Positions 1-11,360 of a stretch of 64,000 bases of DNA are shown in pieces. The position numbers and the translations under genes were made by a program. Every line of letters starts with the position of its first letter. The stretch's first letter is position 1. Where the stretch lies: assembly GCA_963744715.1 (NCBI GenBank), contig CAVUUR010000012.1, positions 1 to 64,000 on the forward strand, in the 5' to 3' direction. Source of the stretch: an uncultured bacterium. Lineage in GTDB: Bacteria; Babelota; Babeliae; Babelales; JACPOV01. The notes below the pieces were generated by a model that was not told the origin of the DNA, did no database searches, and saw only the letters and a program-made list of their open reading frames with translations.

Positions 1-1
1 G

Positions 2-373
2 TTATGTAGCCTTAGCAACGTACGTATTGCTATTAACATCGACAAGTTCTTGTACAATGTTAAGTACTTCTTGTGGTGCTGATTGGTCAATTGCGTAGGC
101 TTGATTGATCAGAGTACGGTATTGTTCAGAAAGTGATAAGGATGCAAGCCGTGGTTGTGGTATGCGCCGGCGCTGTTCATCCAATTCATAAGAGTTTTTG
201 CGATCGGTTGATTTAACTATGGCGTGCAAACGATCAGCGCATTCAGAATGCCGAGATGGAACATCATTTGCTTTATAGCCAGCAAGAAGAAAACCAGTTG
301 ACGGGTGTGATGGTATTTCCTGTGCATAGCAAGAAATAAACCAAAGCATGGTCAAAAAATAAAATGCTCGCAT
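2..373 (-). CDS. Hypothetical exported protein, runs off the left edge of the window
   Basis: Signal-peptide-like N-terminus (MRAFYFLTMLWFISCYA); AGGAG-type RBS just upstream; no stop codon inside the window. Confidence 0.7.
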   Translation of the reverse strand: MRAFYFLTMLWFISCYAQEIPSHPSTGFLLAGYKANDVPSRHSECADRLHAIVKSTDRKNSYELDEQRRRIPQPRLASLSLSEQYRTLINQAYAIDQSAPQEVLNIVQELVDVNSNTYVAKAT

Positions 374-385
374 TACACTCCTTAA

Positions 386-1935
386 TCATTCTTTAGGTAA
401 ACGAAACCCACCTTTAATCCAACAACCCCATTGATTTAATGCAGTATTATTTTTATTGCTGGTTATTTCATATTCACCACCTAATCCTACAAAAGGCAAG
501 TAGCCACTGCATTGCCAAGTATAATTAACGTGAAGAAAAATTTTATGAGAGGTTGCCGTTGGGTAGCTTGCTGATAGCGGGTCAAGGCTTTCCGTGGTTA
601 CCGGCACCATGTCGCCTGGAAATGGTGGTGCAAAAAAACCGCGAATGGTACTCATGCTTTGGGTATTATCCATGGAAGCACCGGCCGTTTGCGTTGCTCC
701 TTGCACACCAAACGTATCGGAAGGAATGCTACCGGTTATGGTAAGAATATCCCTGCTGCGTGTCCACAGGTTATAACCGCAATCGACATTAAGTCCACGC
801 CAACGATAATCAAACATAAGTGCGATATCAGCATGAACATTATTTTTTACATTACATTCGAGCGTCGTTACGTTTGGTCCAAAAAGAATTTCATCATTGT
901 ATACGAGTGCGGGTGTTCCGGTGAAATTTTTAAATAATAAATAACGACTTCCTATGCCATTTTCTTTTAAATCAAAGGTTCTTTTTTGGCTTGCGCTCAG
1001 AATATGATATACGGCACCTTCAAGATAAAAAGCGCAGGATTGGTCACAACAATTATCCCAAAATTCATAATGTCCGGTTATGCCCATGCCAACTTCAGTA
1101 TAATCACCATTGCCGACAACCGGCGTAAATAAAAATTCTGGAGAGGGGCGGTCATTGGTGGGAATAATAACGGCAGCACTTAAACCAAAATGTCCGCATT
1201 CGCTCAGCCAAAAATTATAACCAAGCATGCAGGTAAGATCGGCGACACCGGTTAAACTTTGTGCGCCATCAATGCGATTAAATTGCAGTTTTTGTTTTAA
1301 CTGTGGAAAATCTTCGGTATCTAACGTTTGCCCTTTCCACGCTTGAATAATACTGCTTAATGGTGATGGTGCTGGAGCAAAATTACCGAACGTTTCCGTG
1401 TTAATTACGGTTCCCGTTGTGGTAATTGTTTCTTCCAAGGCCATAGTCCAGGAAGTCCAATTGATAGGAATATCGATGCGAAAAAAAAGACCAGGAATCC
1501 ATGCATCTAACCCGATGTAAAAATTTATATCAAGTATGACATTTTGTATAAAAGGATTAGCGGTAACGGTGCCAGAAAAATCATCATTAAGAAAAAAATT
1601 GGTCGCAAAAACATCAGTTTTAGCACCGGCTGGATTAGGAGTTCCATCGGGATTGGTAGCAGCAGGCCCAAAGGTCATGGTATTCGTGCCATTAAAAAAA
1701 GAAATTTGCCCAATTCTTTTGCAAATATCGTTTGACTATATTCTGGAATAACAACTAAAGAACCGTTAGTACAGGTAGTATCTGCGCGGTATATATGTTG
1801 TGTTTGCCCTGCAAGCCAACGAGCCATATTGGAGCCTTGTGAGCGTGGGCTGAAAAATGCTTTACCAATAGTGGTTGCTTGCATAGGTTGTGCATGATAA
1901 AGAACAATAACTAGCATTATGATACGATAATTCAT
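386..1935 (-). CDS. Putative outer-membrane beta-barrel protein, split by a 1-nt homopolymer indel near 1697
   Basis: ORFs 1675..1956 and 386..1678 join as GKFLFFNGTNTMTFGP if one T is added to the T7 run. Has a signal peptide, alternating aromatic beta-strands and a C-terminal QWGCWIKGGF strand. Confidence 0.6.
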
Positions 1936-2102
1936 CAAAACTCCTTTAGTAACCAACGATGCTATTAGTTTTGATAAAAGGTAATATATAAGCTAAATTG
2001 TGGTCAATCATTGTTGCATATTGTGAACTTTTTGGTGCAATTATTTTGTTAAGTAATACTATTTTTTTCTGAATGTTTTGCTATTTTTTATCGTAATGAG
2101 AA

Positions 2103-2888
2103 ATGAATATGGACTCTGTATATTGGTTAATCTTCTGTTCTATAGTTCTCGAAAGTTTTCCTATTAGCAGTAGCGGCCATTGTTTACTATTAAAAACTAT
2201 GGTGCAGCGCTACGGATTTTTTCTTCCTTCCGATATGATCTTGCATAATCTTGATTATGCTTTGCACCTGCCCATTGTTGCTGTTATTACAATTTTTTTT
2301 TATCGGCGTTGGCGCTTATTACTATCATTTCTTATCCGTTATCCTAAAACCATTATTAAGCTTGCTATGCTCGGATTTATTACGGAAAGCATTACGGTAC
2401 TTTTTTATCTACTTTTTATGCATGGAGGAACGGCATGGTTTCCCTTATCTCTCGGATTTTTAATAACAACGGTTGTGCTATATTCGCTGCGCTATTGTCC
2501 TGAACATCAACTACCAACAACATGGAATATGAAAAATTCTTTGCTGCTGGGAATTGCGCAAGGTAGTGCATTATTACCCGGCATTTCTCGTTTCGGTCTA
2601 ACGTTTGTGGTGGCACGATATTGCGGTTTTTCTGGCAGAAAAGCATTTGAACTTTCTTTTTTAATTGAAATACCGATAAGTATAGCAGCGGGCCTTCAAG
2701 GTTTGTGGGGATTATATCGACACGCTGGATGGTATGTATTGAATTTAAAAATCTGTTTAATTATGCTAATGGCATGCTTTGGTGCATGGCTAGGATTATG
2801 GTGTATTTCCTATCTTATTGATCGTAATATGCTGTGGAAAATTTCATATTATACGTTGGTAGTAATGATTATTAGTTTTGTTGTGTAA
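2103..2888 (+). CDS. uppP: Undecaprenyl-diphosphate phosphatase (BacA/UppP)
   Basis: ESFPISSSGH and LLPGISRFG motifs; polytopic membrane protein. Confidence 0.9.
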   Translation: MNMDSVYWLIFCSIVLESFPISSSGHCLLLKTMVQRYGFFLPSDMILHNLDYALHLPIVAVITIFFYRRWRLLLSFLIRYPKTIIKLAMLGFITESITVLFYLLFMHGGTAWFPLSLGFLITTVVLYSLRYCPEHQLPTTWNMKNSLLLGIAQGSALLPGISRFGLTFVVARYCGFSGRKAFELSFLIEIPISIAAGLQGLWGLYRHAGWYVLNLKICLIMLMACFGAWLGLWCISYLIDRNMLWKISYYTLVVMIISFVV

Positions 2889-2902
2889 AGGAATGATAGT
2901 AT

Positions 2903-5180
2903 ATGAAGCAAAAAAGTTATTTTTTAAGGGGACGTGGACCGTTAAAAGTTTTTAATCTTGTATTTTCGGTACTATTTTTTTGCAAGGCATTACTGTTGAT
3001 AGCTTTTTTGCTACCTTTCACCCCAATGATCCTTCATGGTTTTTTATTAGTACAGAGCCTCTCGCGGTGCATAATTACGGCGGTGTTATTGGCGCTTACT
3101 GTGCTGCATTGTTAATGTATGTATTCGGTTCGGCAATATTGTTATGTATTCCGTTTTTATTGTTTTTAAGTTTTCTTTTAATTAACAACTATACGTTAAC
3201 GCAAGAATGGGATCGCATCGGAAGTTTTATGATATTCATTGTGGCAAGTGCTGCATGCGGTGCATTGTATCAATGCAAATTATTATATTCACGATTTGCT
3301 CCCGGGGGACTCGTGGGTTTTGGATTCTTTCGGTATTACAACGCTATTGCGATCCACTTATTATTTACATTTTTCTTATAACCTTGATGGTAACCAGTTT
3401 CATTATTATTTCACGAATGTGGTTAGTGCAGATTATTCATACTTTTTTTGCGGTAGCAAGAAATAAACAGGTACAACGTGGTGTAAAAAAAACGGTCATA
3501 TTTGTGTGCCGTAGTTTTGATTTCATACTAATAAAACCATGCATATGGTGTTGTGTAGAATTAAAAAAAATAATAGATGGAACGTATGTGGAACAATCTG
3601 GACTATCTATACGAGAATTTGAATTTGATAGTATTGTGTATGATGCTTTTAATAAACATGCTGAAGATACGCAATTATCATCTGCGGATAATGTTAATAG
3701 TACTGGTACTAACAATACAGCGTTAGCGGATGCAGTTGCCGATTCCGGTACGCAAGAACTATCAGAAAAGAAACAAGAGTATCGAATACCGCCAACGGAA
3801 TTATTTAAAAAATACACTAAACCATCGCACGAAGATGCGCATGTAGTACAAGAACAAGAAACTATTGCGGCGCTGCTTGAACAAAAATTAGAGCGATTTG
3901 GTATTAAAGGGGAAGTTGTTTCCATTAAAAAGGGTCCAGTTGTTACACTGTTTGAATATCAACCACATATTGATTCAAAATTAAGTAAAATTATTGCCCT
4001 CGAAGATGATTTAGCGTTAGCACTTCAGGCATTAAGTATTCGTATTATTGCGCCGATTCCGGGTACGGCCGTTGTTGGTTTTGAAGTTGCTAATAAAATA
4101 CGCGCAACCGTATTATTTTCAACGATAGTTCAAGCGCATGAATTTATGTACAATACCAGCTATTTGCCAATGATTATTGGTGTTGATACCGTAGGTATGC
4201 CGGTTATTGCCGATTTAGCCACCATGCCACATCTTTTGCTTGCAGGAGCTACCGGTTCTGGTAAATCGGTCGCGTTGAATGCCATGTTAATGAGTTTGTT
4301 ATGCCGTTTGAAACCGGATACAAGTACAACTTATTCTTATCGATCCTAAGCGATTAGAATTTGCTCCTTATGCCGATATTCCGCATTTAATTTTTCCCAT
4401 TGTTACCAATCCTAAAGATGCATCTCCGATTTTACGGTGGGTGGTGCAAACTGATGGAAGAGCGCTACCACATTCTTGCCCAACATGCTGTCAGAACCAT
4501 AACTGATTATCATCGCTTGTGTGCCGATAAACCTGAATTAGTATCAATGCCATTTATGGTAATTATTATTGATGAGCTTGCCGATTTAATGATCGTGGCC
4601 GGAAAAGAAATTGAAGAATCTATTACACGAATTAGTCAGATGGCGCGCGCTGCAGGTATTCATATGATCGTTGCAACGCAACGGCCATCGGTTGATGTTA
4701 TTACCGGAACTATTAAAGTTAATTTCCCGAGCAGAATTTCATGTAAAGTTACTTCAAAAATTGATTCTCGAACTATACTGGATTGTAGTGGTGCCGATAA
4801 ATTATTAGGAAAAGGAGATATGTTGTATCTTGATACGGCAGCACAGATCACGACGAGTACATGGTGTATTTGTTTCGGATCAAGAAATTGAACAAGTAAC
4901 ACATTATTTGCGTATACAACAAGAAGTTGTCGTATCAAGATATAAGTGCATTGCATGATAATGAGGTGGATGATATATCATTGATGAGGATCAATGATTT
5001 ATATAAAGAAGTTATTGAATTTATACAATCAGTTGATGAAATATCTATTTCTTTACTTCAACGAAAATTTAGAATAGGATATAATAGATCAGCCGGATTA
5101 TTGAATTGTTGGAAGCGCATGGTTTAATTATGCACAACGCATGGTGGTAAAACAAGAAAAGTAATTCATTATGCGATAAT
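2903..5180 (+). CDS. ftsK: DNA translocase FtsK, with several indels
   Basis: Fragments in order: N-terminal TM region (NYGGVIGA), [52 protein letters not shown], and the gamma domain [17 protein letters not shown]. Confidence 0.9.
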
Positions 5181-5289
5181 ATTTTTTTATTTCTTGACAA
5201 ATGCTCAAAAAAACAGACAATTTTTTTTGCAACAAACCAAGAATACAATGGTATATTTTAACTTAGTATCAAGAAGGCGGAGATATTAC

Positions 5290-6679
5290 ATGTTATTAAC
5301 GGTAGATTTTATTCGTAACGTTATTCCTGAGTGTCAATTCTTTTCAATGGCAATGTCAACGTATGCAATTCTTTTTCAATTGATACTCGAACGTTACAAA
5401 AGGGAGATATATTTGTTGCCTTACCAGGGGCTCGTGTTGATGGACACGATTTTTTGCGCAAGCATTAATAAAGGGCTGCTGGATTATTATCGAGGAATAA
5501 AAAGCATATACTTACGCTCTTGATGCAAAACTATTAAAAAAAATATTATTATTACTGTTGTACCAGATACACTCAAAGCATTTATTAAGCTGGCAGCCGC
5601 ATGGCGAGAACATTTTACGGTCCGTTATTGGTATTACAGGATCAGTAGGAAAAACATCAACCAAAGAGCATTATTGGTAATATTTTATCGCTTGCAAAAG
5701 ATATATTTTGTTTCTCATGGAAATCAGAATACAATACATTGGTGTTGCTTTAACATCTTGCATATTAAGGACTGACCATGAAATTGTTATTTTTGAAGTT
5801 GGGCATTAGTCGACGTGGTGAAATGGCAGCAATTGGCTGCAACTTGCCGATCCAACCAATTGCGGTTATTACTGGTATTGGTCACAGCCATATGGAAGGA
5901 CTTAGGATCACTTAAAGATATTGCTGCTAGAAAAAAGAGATATTTTTAAATATTTTAAAGAAAATAGTATTGGTATTATTAATGGTGATCAACCATTGTT
6001 GCACATTTGCTTATGCACATCCGGTAATTAAATTTGGCTCAAAAACAACCAATCAAATTCAAGCGCGTAAAATTCAGTATCGATGGTGATACATATTAGC
6101 TTTGTACTTAAAATTATATAAACAAAAATATTAATATAATCCTTAAAATACTCATAAAGGTGCGTATTTAATGCTCTTGGCTGCAGCGCTGTGCATATTT
6201 CTTAATATCCTGATGCAATTATTATTCAAGGCATAGAAATGCCAGTTATTGTTGCAGGGCGATTTGAAGAACGTTCGTTAAAAATGGAAGGGTATTATGA
6301 TTAATGATTGTTATAATGCTAATCCTGAAAGTATGAAGGCTGCATTGCTGGCATTTCAGAAGATGGATACAAAAGCGCAGAAAATTGCTGTGCTTGGTGA
6401 TATGCTTGAATTTGGTGTAAATAGTCCATTTTGGCATCGACAATTAGGAAGATTTTTGCGCAAAGTTCCTTCACTTAAATCATGTTATTTTAGTGGGTAA
6501 CATTGGTAAATGGACAAAAAAAACATTGCCATTGGGTGTTACTGTTGATATTGTTCCAACATGGCAGGAAGCGGTAAAGAATTAGAAGAATAAATTGATC
6601 ACAAGAATCATTAGTTTTGGTCAAAGGATCAGTCGGGATGTAGGCCTTACCATATTATTGATAGCTAATTTACTGAATA
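5290..6679 (+). CDS. murF: UDP-MurNAc-tripeptide D-Ala-D-Ala ligase MurF, heavily indel-disrupted; boundaries approximate
   Basis: Motifs readable across frames: IDTRTLQKGDIFVAL, GITGSVGKTSTKE, NDCYNANPESM, VLGDMLE, VKGS. Confidence 0.85.
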
Positions 6680-6708
6680 AATCAGATTCAATATTCAATG
6701 ATTGTTGC

Positions 6709-7640
6709 ATGAGAAAATGACATGTTGAACTTATCATAAACCGGTATTAGTTGAACGAGGTATTGCATTATCTTAGATCCCAAGCCTGGTAGGATTTATA
6801 TTGATGTTACCTTTGGTTCAGGTGGTCACACACGAGCAATTTTAGAAACAGAACCAACATGCAAGGTTATTGCATTAGATTGGGATAAGATGCTATTGAA
6901 AAGAATCGGAGCATGCACTGCAAGAAGAATTATCCAGATCGATTGACTTGGTATGGGGTAATTTTTCTCATTATATCAATATATTAAAGAATGAAGGTAT
7001 AACAAAGTTGATGGTATTCTTGGCTGATTTTGGTACCTCGCAAGTATCAAATTCATGAACGGCCGGTTTTTCATTTTATCGAGATACGCCTCTTGATATG
7101 CGCATGTCTCCCTCTCATCAAAAAGAAACGGCTGCAGAAGTTGTTAATAAGTGCATCAGAAAGGAACTTAGCAGATATTTTTTAACAGTTAGGTGAAGAA
7201 CGTACATTCAAGAAAAATTGTTGCGAGCAATTGTTGAAGCCGCGCATAAAAAACAATTAACAACCACAAGGGAATTAGTTGACATTATTGAAAAGGTCGT
7301 GCCGTTGCAGTGATGCACAAGAAAAATTCATCCTGCTACAAGAGTTTTTCAGGCATTGCGAATTTATGTTAACCATGAATTGGAAAATATTCAGTGCATT
7401 TTTACCGGCTGCAGTTGCAGCGTTTTAAAACCAGATGGTCGTTTGGTTTGTATTAGTTTTCATTCATTGGAAGATCGTATGGTAAAGCAATTTTTTAAAG
7501 AACAAGCATGAAAGATGGCATAGTTAACATTTTAACCCCTAAAGTGGTTATTCCGACAGTGAAGAATTGCATATAAATCCTTCTTCTCGTTCAGCAAAGT
7601 TGCGAGCAGCAGTTATTGAATATCGTAAGAGATGAAGACA
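6709..7640 (+). CDS. rsmH: 16S rRNA m4C1402 methyltransferase RsmH, indel-disrupted; boundaries approximate
   Basis: [58 protein letters not shown] read across frames. Confidence 0.88.
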
Positions 7641-7650
7641 TAACATTTAT

Positions 7651-7679
7651 TTGACAAAAATGTAGTTCAGTTATACATT
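7651..7679 (+). promoter_or_regulatory. Sigma70-like promoter upstream of spoVG and tRNA-Gln
   Basis: TTGACA-17 nt-TACATT. Confidence 0.5.
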
Positions 7680-7744
7680 AAACATGCAATTGATGTTAGA
7701 AAGTTCAAAAAAAGTATAGTTAAATATCCTAAGGACTGCTGACA

Positions 7745-8030
7745 ATGGAAATAACAGAAGTAAAAGTATATCCAGTCAAAAGATAGTGGAAGATTGAAAG
7801 CATACGCAACAGTCGTTTTTGACAATTGTTTTATCGTTAGAGATTTAAAAGTGATTGAAGGTGATAAAGGATTATTTGTATCGATGCCTTCTCGTCGAAG
7901 AAAAGATGGGACATTTAGAGATATAGTTCATCCGTTAAATTCTGAAACGCGAAAAATGATTGAAGAATCGAATTATTAAAGAATATAATAAGCGTGTACA
8001 ATCATGGCTGAAAGTCATAGCATCTGATAA
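7745..8030 (+). CDS. spoVG: SpoVG family nucleic-acid-binding protein, with indels near both ends; 3' end approximate
   Basis: MEITEVKVYP, LKAYATVVFDNCFIVRDLKVIEG, LFVSMPSR, FRDIVHP. Confidence 0.88.
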
Positions 8031-8063
8031 TAGTATCTTTAATATTAATTATAAAAGTTTTGT

Positions 8064-8138
8064 TGGGGCGTAGCCAAGCGGTAAGGCACCAGGTTTTGGT
8101 CCTGGCATCCGGAGGTTCGAATCCTTCCGCCCCAGCCA
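8064..8138 (+). tRNA. tRNA-Gln(TTG)
   Basis: Cloverleaf TGGGGCG...CGCCCCA-GCCA; anticodon arm CCAGG-TTTTGGT-CCTGG; T-loop GGTTCGAATCC; CCA is encoded. Confidence 0.96.
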
Positions 8139-8266
8139 TACTTCGCCAAGGCTTCGTATGGCAGGCCATATTTTTAAATGAAGATAACACTAAAAATATG
8201 AAAACACTTTACATAATCGAAGAGCGAAGTATGCCCTTCGTAGCTTCGTAAGAGCAAGTAGGGTGC
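8135..8266. repeat. Inverted pair of REP-like palindromes, unit 1
   Basis: Hairpin GCCATAC..GTATGGC at 8135-8162; CATACTTCGC (8137) is the exact reverse complement of GCGAAGTATG (8224); second hairpin GCCCT..AGGG. Confidence 0.7.
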
Positions 8267-8290
8267 TTAAATATCTAAGGGTTTTTTTTT

Positions 8291-8532
8291 ATGTATTACG
8301 TATATCTTATTCATTCCATAAAAAATTCTGCAAAAACATATATAGGTTATACAAATAACCTTGATCAACGCATTGAAAAGCATAATAGTGGTGCTTCTAT
8401 CTACACTCTGATGATAGGCCGTGGAAACTAGTTACATATATATGTTATGACAGTGAATAAAAAGCACTTGCATTTGAAAAATATTTAAAAGCTGGTTCGG
8501 GTCACGCATTTGCCAAAAAAAGATTGTGGTAA
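8291..8532 (+). CDS. Small stand-alone GIY-YIG nuclease of about 80 aa, indel-disrupted in this sequence
   Basis: MYYVYLIHS...KTYIGYTNNLDQRIEKHNSG...RPWKLV...AFEKYLKAGSGHAFAKKRLW. Confidence 0.85.
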
Positions 8533-8541
8533 AATAAATTT

Positions 8542-8651
8542 CCGCCTTCGCTCCTGTCGAGCTTCGTATGGCGAGCCATTTTTTAATACGGTTGACATTA
8601 ATAGAGAAAATAAAGAGCGAAGTATGCCCTTCTAGCTGATGCAAGTAGGGC
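8542..8651. repeat. Inverted pair of REP-like palindromes, unit 2
   Basis: Shares GCTTCGTATGGC, AGAGCGAAGTATGCCCTT and GCAAGTAGGG with unit 1. Confidence 0.7.
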
Positions 8652-8658
8652 AATTTTT

Positions 8659-8737
8659 ATGTATTACGTTTATCTTATTCAATCAATAAAAAATCCTGCT
8701 AAAACCTTAGTGGTTACACAACTAACCTTGAACAATC
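8659..8737 (+). pseudogene. Truncated second copy of the mini GIY-YIG gene
   Basis: MYYVYLIQSIKNPAKT..GYTTNLEQ, ending where the convergent gene stops. Confidence 0.75.
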
Positions 8738-10012
8738 CTAATTAATTTTTTGAGTACTACGATAATAATCGATTGCGAGAAATGGGTTCCACATTGTGCC
8801 CGTTGCGCTCAACGCAACATCGGCACCTAAAGTAAGAAATTCTTGAAAATGTTCTGCCTTGGTTATGCCGCCGGTAGCCAGAAGGACGAGATCAAGATTG
8901 CCTCGTTTAATAATATCGAGGGCATCAGCGATAAATTGTTTGGCAAGGTTACGAATGGATGCACCAGAAAGACCACTCGTTATCCTGCTGGTTCCAAAAA
9001 ATGGATCTCCTTCCGGAGTAACAATTTTTACCGGTATAGAATTAATACCACAAATTCCTCGTGCACCAACTGCCGCTACTCGGTGTAATATGATTTCCAT
9101 CTCTTGCTTAGTATCAAAAATACCAACTTTAATGATGATTGGGATTGGTACAGTACGATATACGTGCTCTACAACACTACCAACTATATCAGGATTTATT
9201 ATAGAAGTATCCGTGCTCACGATTCGGAACAAGAAAAATTGAGTTCAATAATCTGAGCGCCTGCCTTATATGCCATCTGAGCTGTAACGGCAAAGTCTTG
9301 GGCAATATCTTGCAATGTTGCTCCTTGACCCAAGACAGATACAATAAGAACTTGACCTTCATGTAATGCAGCACGTGCTTGCGCAATATCGTGAGCAACC
9401 CATTCTGGATCACCGCAAGGACAACCAAGTGAATTGCTTATGGTAATATCTTCTGGCTGTTTTGGCATTATGGTAATTGCATAAAAAATCTTACCTATAT
9501 CATCATGAGTGAGCTGTCGATCAGATGAAACATAACAAATATTAGGAAAAGGATGAGCCACATTGTTATTGCCACAAATTGTTTTATAGGTAAGTACATT
9601 AAAACCAAGTTGTGATGCTAAAGCAATTCCTTTACTGGTCATTATAGCACATGCAGGAATTCCTATCGGTGATGCGATGGGATACCCTAATAAGGAATGC
9701 CATTGTGATTTAGGAATAACATATCGTTCGGGAATGAAATCTATGAAGGGCCTTCTACATAATTTTCTTCAAATGATTTAGTAATATTATAAAGTTGATA
9801 TGATGATAGCAGCTGATAATGTAGAAATAAATATATATAAAACAGGATAAGCATCTTAATACCTCCTTACCCGTAATGAGTGGCTCGATGGCTTGATTAT
9901 TATAACCAATCAATGAAATACCCGTTTTCAAATACCCGGCAACCGCCTGTATAAGGAAATCATAACGAGAGCCTGCAAAATTCATAGCAATCCTTTTTTT
10001 ATGCATTTTCAA
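8738..10012 (-). CDS. Dihydroorotate dehydrogenase family flavoprotein, indel-disrupted; 5' end uncertain
   Basis: LTYKT, NSLG, ELNFSC, GINS, GLSG, TGGI..GAD FMN-binding TIM-barrel motifs across ORFs 9217..9642 and 8738..9232. Confidence 0.7.
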
Positions 10013-10112
10013 TACGTATCAGTTATTACGTACTATGAATAAGGAAAAAATTCAAACTTTCTTAATATTTTTTTATAGTAATTTATTGAAGTTTTATCAA
10101 TAAAGTGCAACT

Positions 10113-10181
10113 GACCGATACAAAACGCTGACCATAATCGATGCTCGTATTGTTAAATTTTTTAATACTCATTAGAAATAA
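10113..10181 (+). repeat. Orphan gene 3'-end remnant, copy A, directly repeated at 11178
   Basis: Shares AAAACGCTGACCATAATC with copy B; reads DRYKTLTIIDARIVKFFNTH-stop. Confidence 0.6.
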
Positions 10182-10284
10182 TAATTAATACATGATATTA
10201 TCTTATGCTTAAGATGGATAATAAAGATTTTTACTATGCTGCCATTATTATCCGCAGTATTGTTATTTTTAAGGAATATAGATT

Positions 10285-11058
10285 ATGAAAAAATTTTTTA
10301 CCTTATTATTAATGTTTAATTATTCTGCTCATGCAGTGCAATCAAAAATTGAAGAAAAATGTACTAGAGAAAATGAAAAACATTTGCCGACAGAATTTTT
10401 AGAATATAAACAGTATTTTCCACAATCCCAATTACCAATTTGGATGCAACAACGATGTGCATACGTTATCAATAAAGCGCATTTAACAATATTATGCAAG
10501 CCGTTGAAAATGTCAGAGCAAGAGATAGCGGAACATGGATATAATAATGCTTTTGCGACCTCTAAGACGTTAACCATACATCTGAATGATGGCCATCATT
10601 CAGACTTATCATTTGAAGAGAGTATGTTTGAAATCGGTCATGAAGTAGGCCACGTTTATGATAACTCTCATAATATTGCTCGTATTGCTATTCCAATAGG
10701 CCTATTTACAGCAAGTCTTCTCTGTGTTAGAAAGTCTAAAAAAATATACTATTGCTTACAAGGTATGTCCGGAATAGGCAGCATTTCTAATTTTTATTTG
10801 GACGTTTTTGGCACTCATCTTCGCGAAAAATATGCAGATCTTAAGGGTACTGATTTTATCAAAGACGTTGCTAGTTCTGATAAAGCTATTAGGCATAAAG
10901 CTTTTGATAATGCTGTGCCATCTTCGACTACGCATCCTTCCGGTGTAGAGCGTGCTCATTGTATACAGGATTATGAAGAATGGAAGAAAAAAAATATTAC
11001 ATCACCAAGTCTGTTTTTATTATATGATACACTCTTTAAGACAGTATCAACTAAATAA
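10285..11058 (+). CDS. Secreted M48-like zinc metallopeptidase
   Basis: Signal peptide; NAFA, HEVGH, EKYAD, THPS..ER motifs. Confidence 0.75.
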   Translation: MKKFFTLLLMFNYSAHAVQSKIEEKCTRENEKHLPTEFLEYKQYFPQSQLPIWMQQRCAYVINKAHLTILCKPLKMSEQEIAEHGYNNAFATSKTLTIHLNDGHHSDLSFEESMFEIGHEVGHVYDNSHNIARIAIPIGLFTASLLCVRKSKKIYYCLQGMSGIGSISNFYLDVFGTHLREKYADLKGTDFIKDVASSDKAIRHKAFDNAVPSSTTHPSGVERAHCIQDYEEWKKKNITSPSLFLLYDTLFKTVSTK

Positions 11059-11177
11059 TATTATCCTATTTTTTACTTCTAAACTACGTTGAGCGATTAA
11101 TAATCAAATTTATATAGAGCAAAAGTTGCTTTGTAGTATAGTAATATTACTATTTTTTAAAAAAATGGAATACGGTC

Positions 11178-11246
11178 GATTCATATAAAACGCTGACCAT
11201 AATCAATACCCATATTATTAAATTTCTTGATACTTATTTGAAATAA
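11178..11246 (+). repeat. Orphan gene 3'-end remnant, copy B
   Basis: Reads DSYKTLTIINTHIIKFLDTYLK-stop; aligns without gaps to 10113..10181. Confidence 0.6.
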
Positions 11247-11360
11247 TAACAATAAGAAATAATCTTATTGAAAAAAAATAAATAGTATTATTGCATGGTA
11301 ATCATACATTAATGTATGATTGTATTTAAATTAATATTTTATTTCATTGGGAGATCAGTA

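Noticed and set aside
2903..7640. Pseudogenisation of ftsK, murF and rsmH (loss of cell wall or division)
   Set aside because: The damage is mostly single-base indels with motifs preserved, and partner genes murD, ftsW and uppP are intact; this fits sequencing error
8002..8251. ORFs 8002..8190 and 8060..8251
   Set aside because: They overlap tRNA-Gln and the palindromes; shadow ORFs
8135..8737. CRISPR array
   Set aside because: Only two diverged units, with gene-sized spacing and no cas genes
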